Source: Candidatus Tenderia sp.
GTDB lineage: Bacteria; Pseudomonadota; Gammaproteobacteria; Tenderiales; Tenderiaceae
Length of the DNA stretch: 64,000 nt
Direction of reading: 5' to 3'
NCBI GenBank assembly: GCA_031416075.1
Contig: JANOSY010000024.1
Span: forward strand, 32,001 to 96,000
Part shown: positions 1 through 10,500 of the stretch, one piece after another
Numbering within the stretch: the first letter of the stretch is position 1
Layout of the letters: every line of letters starts with the position of its first letter
Notes under the pieces: generated by a model
The model's database searches: none
What the model was told of the DNA's origin: nothing
The model's input: only the letters and a program-made list of their open reading frames with translations
Program-made: the position numbers and the translations under genes

Positions 1-258
1 TACATTGATGACTTTATCGCCGCCACACAACTCAACCATGAAGCCTCTATCCAGGAACCGGGCAACCGCCGTTTCGACGTGTTGCAATCCGCCGACATTC
101 CCGGCCACTTTACGCTCTATGAGGCCTACCTATCGGCAGACGCGGCGGCGGCTCATAAAAAAACTGCCCACTACCTCACCTGGCGCGACAGCGTAGCCCC
201 CTGGATGGCCGAACCACGCCAAGGCATCCGTTACACTGGCCTGTTTCCAAAGGAATAA
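1..258 (+). CDS. LsrG-like / ABM-family protein (5'-truncated by window edge)
   Basis: Frame 1 reads YIDDFIAATQLNHEASIQEPGNRRFDVLQSADIPGHFTLYEAYLSADAAAAHKKTAHYLTWRDSVAPWMAEPR..., typical of LsrG/ABM (EPGNxRFDVLQ, HKxTxHY); stop TAA 256-258; absent from the ORF track. Confidence 0.85.
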   Translation, partial: YIDDFIAATQLNHEASIQEPGNRRFDVLQSADIPGHFTLYEAYLSADAAAAHKKTAHYLTWRDSVAPWMAEPRQGIRYTGLFPKE

Positions 259-264
259 CCCCGC

Positions 265-1458
265 ATGATATTTGCCCCTTTTGCCATCTCACGGCTACCG
301 CGCATTATCTATGGTGCCGGACGCATCAGCGAACTGCCCAAGCTAGTGGCCAGCTACGGCCAAACTGTGCTGGTCGTCACCGGTCAACACTCCTTCTGCT
401 CAACACCCCGCTGGTCACGACTCACCCAGGCATTCACCGCAGAAGGGCTAACGTGGCACCACATGACTGTTCATGGAGAACCTTCACCAGCCCTGGTCGA
501 TAAGGCCGTGAACCGCTATCGCCCGGAAAAGATCAGCTGCGTTATCGCCATCGGTGGCGGCAGTGTACTGGATGCCGCCAAGGCCATCGCCGGGCTGTTG
601 CCCCATGGCAACTCAGTGATGGACCATCTTGAAGGGGTAGGCAACAACCTCCCCTACCACGGTCCCAGCACCCCCTTTATTGCGGTGCCCACCACGGCGG
701 GAACAGGCAGTGAGGCGACCAAAAACGCCGTATTGAGTCAACAAGGGGCTGATGGTTTTAAAAAGTCATTCCGCCATGAGTGTCTGGTACCTGAATATGC
801 CCTCATCGACGCCACTCTATTAGAGAGCTGTCCATCAGAACTCATTGCCGCCGATGGTATGGATGCGTTTACACAGCTGCTCGAATCATACGTCTCACTC
901 AAGGCCAACCCCATGATCGATGCACTGGCCTGGAGCGGTATGCAGGCGGTCAAACAGGGCTTTTTTGCCGCCTGGAACGGGCGCGACCCCATTGCTGAAC
1001 AGGGGCGCGGTGCCATGGCCTACGCCGCCCTGCTCTCCGGCATCACCCTGGCGCAGGTGGGGCTGGGTTCTGTCCATGGCCTCGCCTCGCCACTGGGTGC
1101 CTTTTTCCCCATTCCTCATGGCGTGGTCTGCGGCACCCTGGTGGCGGTGGCGACCGAGATAAATATCAACGCCATGTTGGCACGCGAACCTAACAACCCG
1201 GCCCTCGCCAAATATGCACAGGTGGGGCGCATGTTAAGTGATCAACCCGACGCCGATGATGCAACCGCCCGCATGCTACTCATCACCCAACTGGCGGAAT
1301 GGAACTACCGCCTGCAGCTGCCACGCTTGGGCAGCTATGGCATCACTGCCGCAGATTTCCCGCACATCATTGCTAATAGCCGTGGCAGCAGTATGCAGAC
1401 CAACCCCATTTGCCTAACCGATGATGAACTTCATGCCATCCTCACCCAGCGCCTTTAA
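265..1458 (+). CDS. Iron-containing alcohol dehydrogenase
   Basis: GGGSVLDAAKAIA, PTTAGTGSEAT, DAFTQLLESY, HGLASPLG and IPHG motifs. Confidence 0.92.
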   Translation: MIFAPFAISRLPRIIYGAGRISELPKLVASYGQTVLVVTGQHSFCSTPRWSRLTQAFTAEGLTWHHMTVHGEPSPALVDKAVNRYRPEKISCVIAIGGGSVLDAAKAIAGLLPHGNSVMDHLEGVGNNLPYHGPSTPFIAVPTTAGTGSEATKNAVLSQQGADGFKKSFRHECLVPEYALIDATLLESCPSELIAADGMDAFTQLLESYVSLKANPMIDALAWSGMQAVKQGFFAAWNGRDPIAEQGRGAMAYAALLSGITLAQVGLGSVHGLASPLGAFFPIPHGVVCGTLVAVATEININAMLAREPNNPALAKYAQVGRMLSDQPDADDATARMLLITQLAEWNYRLQLPRLGSYGITAADFPHIIANSRGSSMQTNPICLTDDELHAILTQRL

Positions 1459-2275
1459 CCTACTGTTACCCCTGCTGCTCACCGGACTGCTGCTCTCCAC
1501 CAGCAGCGCAGCACGGGAGCGCCCGCTATGGGAGCTAGGGGTCGGTGTCGTTACGTTGAACGCCCCCTACTACCGGGGCAGCAGTTCAAGCCGGAGTTAC
1601 GCCATCCCCTACCCCTATATCACCTACCGAGGTGAATATCTGAATGTAGATAGAGAGGGGATACGTGGCTGGCTCTACCGCAGTGACCAGCTCAATCTGG
1701 ATCTAAGCCTGGCCGCCGGTCTGCCTGTGCCCAATGGCCAGAATGGCCCCCGCAGCGGCATGAACAAACTCGACCCCACGGTTGAAATCGGGCCATCACT
1801 GGAGTACCGCCTCTGGCGTTCCCAGGATCGACGCCAAAACGCATGGCTGCACCTGCCACTGCGTAGTGCATTTGTCGTCGCCAACCCTGCTACCCATCAA
1901 GGCTGGGTTTTTGCCCCCTACCTGGAGTGGCAACGCTACGACTTTGGGCGCAGCGGCTGGACCAACAGCATCGCCATCGGCCCACTATTTAGCGACGATC
2001 GCTATCACAACTACTTTTACGGCGTGGCGCCACAGTACAGTACAACCGACCGCCCCGGTTATGAGGCCAGTAGCGGCTACAGCGGCAGCCGCCTAACACT
2101 GATGGCGGGTAAAAACTTTAATCAGCTATGGCTATCCGCCTTTGCCCGCTTTGATACCCTAAAGGGGGCCACCTTCAGCGATAGCCCCCTGGTAGAGAGT
2201 CGCAGCTACCATCTGATTGGTATCACACTCACCTGGATATTCTCACGCTCTGAACAGACCGTGCGGGTACCATAA
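1421..2275 (+). CDS. MipA/OmpV family outer-membrane protein (start may be ATG 1433)
   Basis: Signal peptide; PLWELGVG...PYYRGS...PYITYRG; RSGMNKLDPTVEIGPSL; YFYGVAPQY; SPLV. Confidence 0.85.
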   Translation: MMNFMPSSPSAFNLLLPLLLTGLLLSTSSAARERPLWELGVGVVTLNAPYYRGSSSSRSYAIPYPYITYRGEYLNVDREGIRGWLYRSDQLNLDLSLAAGLPVPNGQNGPRSGMNKLDPTVEIGPSLEYRLWRSQDRRQNAWLHLPLRSAFVVANPATHQGWVFAPYLEWQRYDFGRSGWTNSIAIGPLFSDDRYHNYFYGVAPQYSTTDRPGYEASSGYSGSRLTLMAGKNFNQLWLSAFARFDTLKGATFSDSPLVESRSYHLIGITLTWIFSRSEQTVRVP

Positions 2276-2280
2276 AAAGA

Positions 2281-2298
2281 TTGTCATAATGGTGTAAC
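2281..2298 (+). promoter_or_regulatory. Pho box upstream of phoB
   Basis: TTGTCAT-AATG-GTGTAAC, two half-sites at 11-bp spacing resembling CTGTCAT-N4-CTGTCAC. Confidence 0.7.
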
Positions 2299-2348
2299 AC
2301 GACTGACTTCTAATGCGGGTACTGCACACTCAATGACACAAAGAGACT

Positions 2349-3038
2349 ATGACTCCAAAAATCCTGATTATTGATGATGAAGTTGCGATCCGTGACATGG
2401 TCACATTTGCCCTGGAACGCCAGGAGTTCGCCGTTCAGAGCGCAGAAGATTGCCATGCAGCCCTGCTTAACATGGCTGAAATACGCCCGGACCTCATCCT
2501 GCTCGACTGGATGTTACCTAACATGAGTGGTGTTGATCTGGCACGACGCCTACGCCGCGAAGATAACTACCGCGACATCCCCATTATCATGCTCACCGCC
2601 CGGGGAGAGGATCAAGATAAAATCCGCGGTCTGGAGTCCGGCGCTGACGATTACATGACCAAACCCTTCTCACCCGGTGAACTTATCGCTAGAATCAAGG
2701 CCGTTTTACGCCGTACCGGCCCAGCCCACGGCGATGAACGGCTGAAAGAGGGTGGGTTGGAGATTGATCTACAGGGCCACCGCGTTACCGCCAACGGTGA
2801 GGCCGTGGAGCTTGGCCCCACCGAATTCCGTCTATTACAGTTTTTTATGAGCCATACCGAGCGGGTCTACAGTCGCTCACAGGTGCTCGATCAGGTTTGG
2901 GGGAACAATGTTTACATCGGTGACCGTACCGTCGATGTCCATATCCGCCGCCTGCGCAAGGCGTTGGAACCGTCTGGGCTGGATCGCTATATCCAGACTG
3001 TCCGTGGCTCCGGCTACCGTTTTTCGACAAAAGAATAA
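2349..3038 (+). CDS. phoB: Phosphate regulon response regulator PhoB
   Basis: Receiver domain (LLDWMLP) plus winged helix ([37 protein letters not shown]); followed by phoR and pstS. Confidence 0.97.
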   Translation: MTPKILIIDDEVAIRDMVTFALERQEFAVQSAEDCHAALLNMAEIRPDLILLDWMLPNMSGVDLARRLRREDNYRDIPIIMLTARGEDQDKIRGLESGADDYMTKPFSPGELIARIKAVLRRTGPAHGDERLKEGGLEIDLQGHRVTANGEAVELGPTEFRLLQFFMSHTERVYSRSQVLDQVWGNNVYIGDRTVDVHIRRLRKALEPSGLDRYIQTVRGSGYRFSTKE

Positions 3039-3044
3039 TTACAC

Positions 3045-4367
3045 ATGAATCCATGGCCGCGTGAACTCTGGCGTCTCAGTACCTACCTGATCATCGGACT
3101 CATTATTGGTCTGATTATCGGCCACCCCATCCGGGTGCTGCTCTTCATCGTCACCCTCTATCTGACCTGGCATCTGGTTAACGTCTACCGCCTTGAACAG
3201 TGGCTACAACAGTCGGGACAGCCACCTCAGGGCACCGGTATCTGGATGGAGATCTTTGACCGCCTCTACCATCTGCAGAAACAGAGCCGCAGCCGTAAAA
3301 AACGGCTCACCGACTACCTCAGCCGTTTCAAAGAGTCCACCTCCGCCATGCCCGACTCCACGGTGGTATTAAACGAGTTTGGCCAGATCGAATGGATTAA
3401 CAAGGCTGCGCAAAAACATCTCGGGCTACTACCATCCAAAGATATTGGCCAACACATCAGCAACTTATTACGCACCCCCGAATTTTTTGCCTACATCGCC
3501 AAAGGCAATTTTGACGAACCGTTAGAGACCCACCCCCCCCTCAACGACCAAGAGCATATTTCGGTTCGTATCATTCCCTATGGCAACAACCAGCGCCTGT
3601 TGATTGCCCGCGACATCACCCCGATCAAACGGCTGGAGCAGATGCGCCGCGACTTTATCTCCAACATCTCCCATGAACTCCGCACCCCACTCACCGTGCT
3701 GCGCGGCTATCTGGAGACCATGCAGAACGATGATGAGCTGCAACAGGCTGCCCATTGGCAAAAATCCATCGACGTCATGAACCAGCAGACCCGGCGCATG
3801 CAGAACATTGTCGATGATCTGCTGATGTTATCGCGCATGGAGACCGAGCAGCGCCCCACCAAGCAGGAAGAGATCAACATCGCAGAGATGTTGCAAACCA
3901 TCCAGAGCGCCGCCCTGGCCCTCGGCGAAAAGGGGCACGAGAAGCAGCAGAAGATCATCATCGAGGCCGATGAACGGCTCCAGCTCCGTGGCAACCGCAC
4001 AGAACTCTACAGCGCCTTCTCCAATCTGGTATTTAACGCTGTGCACTACACCCCCAACGAAGGCATCATCACCATCCGCTGGTACCGTGACGACAGCGGT
4101 GCCCATCTCAGCGTGCTGGACACCGGCATTGGCATCGCCCCCCAACATATCAGCCGCATCACCGAGCGCTTTTATCGTGTGGATACCGGACGCTCCCGCG
4201 AGACCGGTGGCACCGGCCTGGGGCTTGCCATCGTCAAACATGTATTGCAACGCCACCACGGCCAGATGCGTATCTTCAGCCAGGTCAATCGTGGCAGCAC
4301 CTTCACCTGCGACTTCCCGCTGAAGCAGACCATACAACGACAAGCACTAACCAACGTAGCCAGCTAA
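3045..4367 (+). CDS. phoR: Phosphate regulon sensor kinase PhoR
   Basis: N-terminal TM, PAS, HELRTPLTV, ERFYRVD..RSRETGGTGLGLAIVKH. Confidence 0.97.
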   Translation: MNPWPRELWRLSTYLIIGLIIGLIIGHPIRVLLFIVTLYLTWHLVNVYRLEQWLQQSGQPPQGTGIWMEIFDRLYHLQKQSRSRKKRLTDYLSRFKESTSAMPDSTVVLNEFGQIEWINKAAQKHLGLLPSKDIGQHISNLLRTPEFFAYIAKGNFDEPLETHPPLNDQEHISVRIIPYGNNQRLLIARDITPIKRLEQMRRDFISNISHELRTPLTVLRGYLETMQNDDELQQAAHWQKSIDVMNQQTRRMQNIVDDLLMLSRMETEQRPTKQEEINIAEMLQTIQSAALALGEKGHEKQQKIIIEADERLQLRGNRTELYSAFSNLVFNAVHYTPNEGIITIRWYRDDSGAHLSVLDTGIGIAPQHISRITERFYRVDTGRSRETGGTGLGLAIVKHVLQRHHGQMRIFSQVNRGSTFTCDFPLKQTIQRQALTNVAS

Positions 4368-4382
4368 ACGACAGGCTTGTAC

Positions 4383-4422
4383 CTGTCATAAAATCTTAAC
4401 ATTAGTGTCACACACTCTTCAT
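4383..4422 (+). promoter_or_regulatory. Tandem Pho boxes upstream of pstS
   Basis: CTGTCAT-AAAA-TCTTAAC-ATTA-GTGTCAC-ACAC-TCTTCAT: four half-sites at 11-bp periodicity. Confidence 0.8.
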
Positions 4423-4493
4423 CACTCAACGGCACACTGCCAGACACTAGTATTCAGCCACCAGAGTTCATCTACAACCTTAGGAGTTACTTG

Positions 4494-5462
4494 ATGAAAT
4501 TACGTACTACCCTGTTAGCAACAACAGTAAGCTTCAGCTTGGTCTCTGCCGCTTACGCCGAAGTAAAACTGGATCCAAAGCTGCCGGAGTATACCCGTGC
4601 CAGTGCCGTCTCCGGCAACCTTTCAAGTGTTGGTTCTGACACCCTGGCCAACCTGATGACACTCTGGACCGAAGAGTTCAAACGTGAGTATCCCAATATC
4701 AATATACAGGTACAGGCCGCCGGTTCATCCACCGCGCCACCCGCACTGACTGAAGGTACCGCTAACGTCGGCCCCATGAGTCGCAAGATGAAGGATAACG
4801 AGATCAAGGCCTTCGAAGATAAACACGGTTACAAACCCACCGCCATTCCAGTGGCCATCGATGCCTTGGCTGTCTATGTGCACAAAGATAACCCACTCAA
4901 AGGTCTGACCATCGCCGAAGTGGATGCCATTTTCTCCAGCACCCGTAAATGCGGTAACAAAGCGGCCATCAATAACTGGGGGGATATCGGTTTGACTGGC
5001 AGCTGGACCAACCGTGACATGCAGCTCTTTGGCCGTAACTCGGTCTCCGGTACTTACGGCTTCTTCAAAGACCACGCCCTCTGCAAAGGTGACTTCAAAA
5101 ATACTGTCAATGAGCAGCCCGGCTCTGCCTCTGTGGTTCAGTCAGTCTCCTCATCACTCAACAGCATCGGCTACTCAGGTATCGGCTACAAAACCTCAGG
5201 CGTCAAGGCACTGCCACTGGCCCAAAAAGCGGGCGAGCCTTATATTGAAGCCAATGACGAAAACACCATTTCGGGTGAGTACCCAATGTCACGCTTCCTC
5301 TACGTCTATGTCAACAAACACCCCAACAAGCCCCTGCCCCCCTTGGAAAAAGAGTTTGTGAAGATGATGCTCTCGAAAACTGGCCAGAATGTTGTTATCA
5401 AAGATGGTTACATTCCGGTACCCGCCAAAGTGGCCGAAAAAGCACTTAAGAGCATCGAATAA
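4494..5462 (+). CDS. pstS: Phosphate ABC transporter substrate-binding protein PstS
   Basis: Signal peptide; [35 protein letters not shown]; AGGAG RBS 7 nt before ATG 4494. Confidence 0.95.
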   Translation: MKLRTTLLATTVSFSLVSAAYAEVKLDPKLPEYTRASAVSGNLSSVGSDTLANLMTLWTEEFKREYPNINIQVQAAGSSTAPPALTEGTANVGPMSRKMKDNEIKAFEDKHGYKPTAIPVAIDALAVYVHKDNPLKGLTIAEVDAIFSSTRKCGNKAAINNWGDIGLTGSWTNRDMQLFGRNSVSGTYGFFKDHALCKGDFKNTVNEQPGSASVVQSVSSSLNSIGYSGIGYKTSGVKALPLAQKAGEPYIEANDENTISGEYPMSRFLYVYVNKHPNKPLPPLEKEFVKMMLSKTGQNVVIKDGYIPVPAKVAEKALKSIE

Positions 5463-5485
5463 CCAACAGCATCAACGCCATAGTT

Positions 5486-5512
5486 AAAGGCCCCGCACTG
5501 CGGGGCTTTTTT
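5486..5512 (+). terminator. Rho-independent terminator after pstS
   Basis: aaagGCCCCGCA-c-TGCGGGGC-tttttt. Confidence 0.85.
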
Positions 5513-5567
5513 ATTTCTGATATTCCCTGCCCACACAGCATTCCACCCAGCCCCCGGGAGCCAACCG

Positions 5568-5864
5568 ATAAATTTTGAAAAAGTAGTTTTTGGTTTTTTC
5601 ATAGTGCTTGCACTCACTGTGAACTTCGGTTTTGTGCTTGGCGATATCGACAACCCCAGGCACCACAATGTGTAAGAACTCTTTGCCGCCCTTATCATCA
5701 GCCTCATCGCCGCCATCATCTGGGGCACTGCGGTATACATCACCGAGGTTGGCCTCACCAGCCATGTAATGAGTTCCATCGTCTCCCTCGCCGCTGGCGC
5801 ACTACTGGCCAATCTCACGTCGGTCATCCTGCTGATCATCGAAGCCGTCACGCTGCGTCGCTAA
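5568..5864 (+). pseudogene. DUF6394-like small membrane protein, inactivated
   Basis: Reads (ATA)NFEKVVFGFFIVLALTVNFGFVLGDIDNPRHHNV*ELFAALIISLIAAIIW...ANLTSVILLIIEAVTLRR*; ATA in place of the start codon, in-frame TAA at 5673-5675; terminal TAA overlaps the next ATG. Confidence 0.75.
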
Positions 5865-7292
5865 TGGCACGTCATTACACCCAAAGCAGGGCCTTCTCGC
5901 TGATTTTAAGGCGGATGAGGGCACCATTCATTGTGCTCATCACCGCCTACGCCATCTCAATTCTGGGGTTTGCACGCATTCCCGGCATGAATGATCAGGG
6001 CCAACTCTGGAGAGTGGGCTTTTTTCACGCCTTTTGTGTTGTCAGCTATACCGCCACCACCATCGGCTTTGGCGAGTTCCCCTTCGCCTTTACCAATGGC
6101 CAACGCTTCTGGGCACTGGCCACTATCTATATCACTGTAATCTCCTGGCTCTACGCCATCGGTACCATACTCACGCTCATACAGGACCCCGCCCTCAAAC
6201 GGACACTCACTGAGAACCGTTTTGCCAACCACGTCAGAAACATGAGACAACCGTTCTACATCGTCTGTGGCTATGGCGATACCGGCACTCAAGTCGTCAA
6301 AGCCCTGGCCCAGCGCAAAACCCCGGCAGTTGTCATCGACATCCGACCGGAACGGATCGACATGCTGTTACTCGACGAACTCCGCATCTACATACCGGGG
6401 CTATGTGCCGATGCCGGTGAACCCAACATCCTGCGTGCCGCCGGACTCAACTTCCCCCTACTGCATCGGTCTGTTAGCCCTCACCGATGATGACCACAGC
6501 AATCTCGAAATTGCCATCACCAGCAAACTACTCAACCCCAACCTACGATCATCTGCCGCGCCGAAAGTAAAGATACCCAGGCCAACATGGCCTCTTTTGG
6601 CACCGACCACATCATCAACACCTACGACGCCTTTGCCGAACAGCTCGCCATCGCCCTGCACTCACCCGCCATGCATCTGATCTTTGAATGGCTGACACAA
6701 CATATACACGAAGCACTGTTTAACTGCACAGAACCACCCCACGGCCCTTGGATCATCTGTGGTTATGGCCGTTTTGGTAAAGCGGTAGGAAAATATCTGC
6801 AATTTGAGGGCATCCCCACCACCATTATCGAGGCTGACCCAGAAAAAACCAGCTGCGAGGGGCGATAAAGGCCGAGGCACCGAAGCCGTCACGCTACGCG
6901 CCGCTGATATCGATAAGGCGGTAGGGATCATCGCGGGCACCGACGATGATGCCAACAATCTATCCATTCTCGTAACCGCTAAGGATCTTAATCCCAACAT
7001 ATATACCGTTGTCAGACAGAACCGGCGCAGTAACAGCATTATCTTTGCTGCCGCTGACATCAATCTGATCATGCAGTACAGCATCATCCTCAGTCTTAAA
7101 ATTCAAGCACTGCTCACCTCACCACTGCTAAGCGACTTCTTACGACTGGCCCGCCGCAACAACAACAGCTGGGCCAAGGCAGTCACCGATAAACTACACA
7201 CCCTGGCCGACAATGCCGTGCCCAGCATCTGGACCGTCTGTATCGATGAACAGACCTCCCCCACACTAGTTGAAGCCATCAACCAGACTTAA
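5864..7292 (+). pseudogene. Potassium channel with TrkA-N/RCK domains, frameshifted and truncated
   Basis: Pore motif YTATTIGFGE and two NAD-binding CGYG motifs spread over four reading-frame segments (shifts near 6458, 6548, 6862); ends at the mini-element. Confidence 0.85.
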
Positions 7293-7385
7293 CTACCACC
7301 TACTAAAATAGGTGGGTTTGCGCATGAGTCAAAACATTTAAGATCAAAGTCACCGGCTATAGCCGGTGGTTTCCACCAAGGATAT
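7289..7385 (+). mobile_element. Non-autonomous IS200/IS605-type mini-element (two end hairpins, no ORF)
   Basis: AACTA-CCACCTA-ctaaaa-TAGGTGG-GTTTG (7291-7320) and CACCGGCTA-TAGCCGGTG-GTTTCCACCAAGG (7351-7381), resembling Y1-transposase left and right end hairpins. Confidence 0.65.
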
Positions 7386-7473
7386 TGAAATGAAGTTTTG
7401 AATCGCATATTTATTGCCTTGCAGGAAAATAACACCATCCATCTCAAGTCATGGTCTTTTAACTTCACCTGTT

Positions 7474-7502
7474 AAAAAACGGGCCCAAATTCGTGGACCC
7501 GT
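7474..7502 (-). terminator. Rho-independent terminator for the 1003-aa gene
   Basis: Minus strand ACGGGTCCA-cgaatt-TGGGCCCGT-ttttt; a second hairpin lies at 7520-7555. Confidence 0.65.
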
Positions 7503-7572
7503 CGGTAACCAGTTATTGGGTCAGCCCATTCTGTGCACCTTCAAGAATGGCTGACGCCAGAACACCTCTCAA

Positions 7573-10500
7573 CTATTGGTAAAACACCTGCACCTGAAGT
7601 TCGTCAAGATAAAAATTCTGAGTGGGAGACGGCGACACATTTGAGATGCGAATTTTAAATTGTGTGCCATTCATGACAGTAGGGGTAAATGTAGACATTC
7701 CCCATAAATCGCCGTTTCCACCAATCTGGTAGTTTGCGTAGGCGTCGCCCAGATTTTTTTCTCGGCCCACAGTATGCTCGGTCCAAGTCGCTGATCCATC
7801 ATTTAGACGTACGCAAAGTTTTCCGCCAGGAGCTCCTTCTGAGACTTTTGCTCTGAATTTGACTTCGATACCCTTGATCGTCCTGCCCGACGGAATAGCA
7901 AACCCGAAGTCAGAAAAGTGATGCACATCATGCTGGGGATCGCCACAATTAGTAGTGGAGTCACCGCTGCCGCTGTTGATATCCAGCGCAACACCATTGC
8001 CAGCCCCGGCAACCGCAGTAACAACATCCGCCGGTAATGGCGATGAATTCACAGTGCCGTTAGTCGCTACACTTTCAAAGCCATTTGCGTCACCCGCCCA
8101 TGTGATACCCGTGGTAGAACGAGGAGGCTTGTACCCCGTAGTCTGAAGTTGTTGGATATCATTGTGCTCCATCAACGCATCATTGGGTTCTCCCTTTTTG
8201 TAAAATCCAACACCATTCGGGAATTGAATATCAGGTGATGATCCCTCTGCAAATAACACAAATGGACCAGTTGCACTGACATCAGGAATAGCCTGCGCAA
8301 CAGAGAAATTAGTTGAGCCTGTATCAAGAAATTTGATTATGCTGAAACCACTCGCTGGCGCTCGATCAAAATTGGTCTGTCCATATACAGCCACGTTATT
8401 TACATTCCTAAAGCGCAGAAAATCGTTATCAGTAAGATTTCCAGAAGTATCGTCGTTTTTATTCTCCCATTCAGTCTTTAAGCCGTAGATTCTTATATTG
8501 CTGGCACTCGTAAATTCAGCAAACGCTGCGCTATCTGCGTGTTCCATATTCAATCCATAAAATGACAATGGCTGCGAGTTATTAGTGGCCCTGAGGATTC
8601 TATAATCTCGATGTGACATTCCTTTCGATTGGCCACGACTGAAAAAATACCAACGACCGCCTCCGGTTGCGCCTATTTTTACCAGATCATGCGGATTGGT
8701 TAATTCACCACCAGATGGATTATGGTAAAAGCGACCAATGTGGACCATGGAGTTTCTTCCAGCATTCCAATCTAACGCCGTGAAATAGTCATAGTTTTGA
8801 TCCTTCGCTGGAACACCAATCGACAGATCGCCAAGATAAGTTGTCGCTTCAGTGTCTGCCACGGTGGAAATAACCGGCCTATTGCAGGTGAGATTTTTGC
8901 CTACACACCCATTCATAAAATAGTCCGGAACACCCGAGGCATCCACTTTAATTTCAATGCGGGTTAAATGCCCAGCCGCACCAAAAAGGATGGAATCTGA
9001 TTTCAACTTAACAAACGGATAATTTTGAGTTGACGTCAAACGGTAGATCCCTTTACGTAGAAAAATTTTCCGATTGCTGTCGATTGCATTATTAAATTGT
9101 TCTACCGTGAGATTGTAGACCTTGCTTTCGTAGTTATTCTCCGGTGTCTGTGATTCTATTGCCGGAAAGACAACATAATCCTTATCATCAACGGATGGCA
9201 GCGATTTCCAGGCATGTTTTGAAATCAAATCGCTGGGTATGCTTGCTGCACCAATTTTCCATACATGCTCCGGCGTTAGGGAGGCTGCGCCTATTTGATT
9301 GATGACATGTCCACCCCCGACAGTCGTGGTCTGGGCCCTGTGCTCAACACTAAGCTCCTTAACATGTGAGATTGCATTGCCGGCGCCCCTGCAACTTTCT
9401 CCACAGCTGATCTGTGTACCGCTACGTGATGCGTACAATGTGTGGGTCACGGCAGCTGATTTTACGTAAACATTTTTCATATGAACAAATGTCTCATTCC
9501 CCCCCGCGCCCCCCAGACGGTCACCATAATTCAGTACGGCAGGGTTCGTGCCAGAAACTGCTATTGATCCATCGACCAATGCCAAACTGCCAACATGGGC
9601 ATGAGCTACACTGTTCCGATAAGTTGTAATTCCTGGAACTGGTTGTCCGAGGGTGTCTATCTCGAAACCGACAACAGTTAGCGTTGCACCGGTATGCCGT
9701 ATTGCGCTTTCTGTTTGCCCCCGAAGCTTAACTCCAACAATCGTGCTACCAATATTTCCTAACGAGCGACATGACCCAGTTGCTCCTGCAACATTACAAC
9801 CGGCGGCTTCAGTAAGGTAGGTATCTATTCCAAACCTTCCCCCTTCGACTTCGATTTTCACCGCACCGGCAGCCCGTGCCGGCAACCCTTGAATGCCAGC
9901 ATGCTCGCTACCAGTAGCGATGACTTTTACATTTTCAATTGAGCTGTCTTGGGCCTGATTGAAATACAACCCGACACAACCCGTTTTTTGGCTACAGTCT
10001 ATGTTTACGTTGCGGAGCAATTGGTGATACCCGCCAGCCGGCTGTTCCCAACGAAAATTTTCTTCTGTAGGATTCAATATCGCATTGTTAGCGCGAGTTT
10101 TAGTTTCAAAATTTTTAAAATCCAGAACAATTTTTTTTCCGGAGTTAAAACTTGTCCCTGCCACCTTTATGGTAGCTAATCGGCCACCGTTTACGTCGGT
10201 CGCCCCCACAATGGCGATCGGGTACGTATCGTCACTGGTAATTTTTGAAATTACTGAACTTGTGGTCGAGGTATACGCACGTAGCGTATCGTTTACGAAA
10301 TAAGTTCCCGCTGGGAGGTATAACGCCAGATTATTGTCTCGCGCGTCGGTGATCGCCTCCTGCAACTTTGGTGTCGATATGGCTGGATTTGTGTTATTGG
10401 CGCCTGTATATGCACTCACAACCAGATAACCCTTTTGATAGTATTCGTGCCATTTTCTTTGTTCCTCTGTCCCATCCGGATTTGTAACCGCATTGGGTAT

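Noticed and set aside
7500-7572. c-di-GMP-I riboswitch-like ending (GGTTACCGA) beside a hairpin
   Set aside because: Lies 3' of the gene and lacks the GGCAAAC/GCAAAG core; better explained as 3' UTR stems
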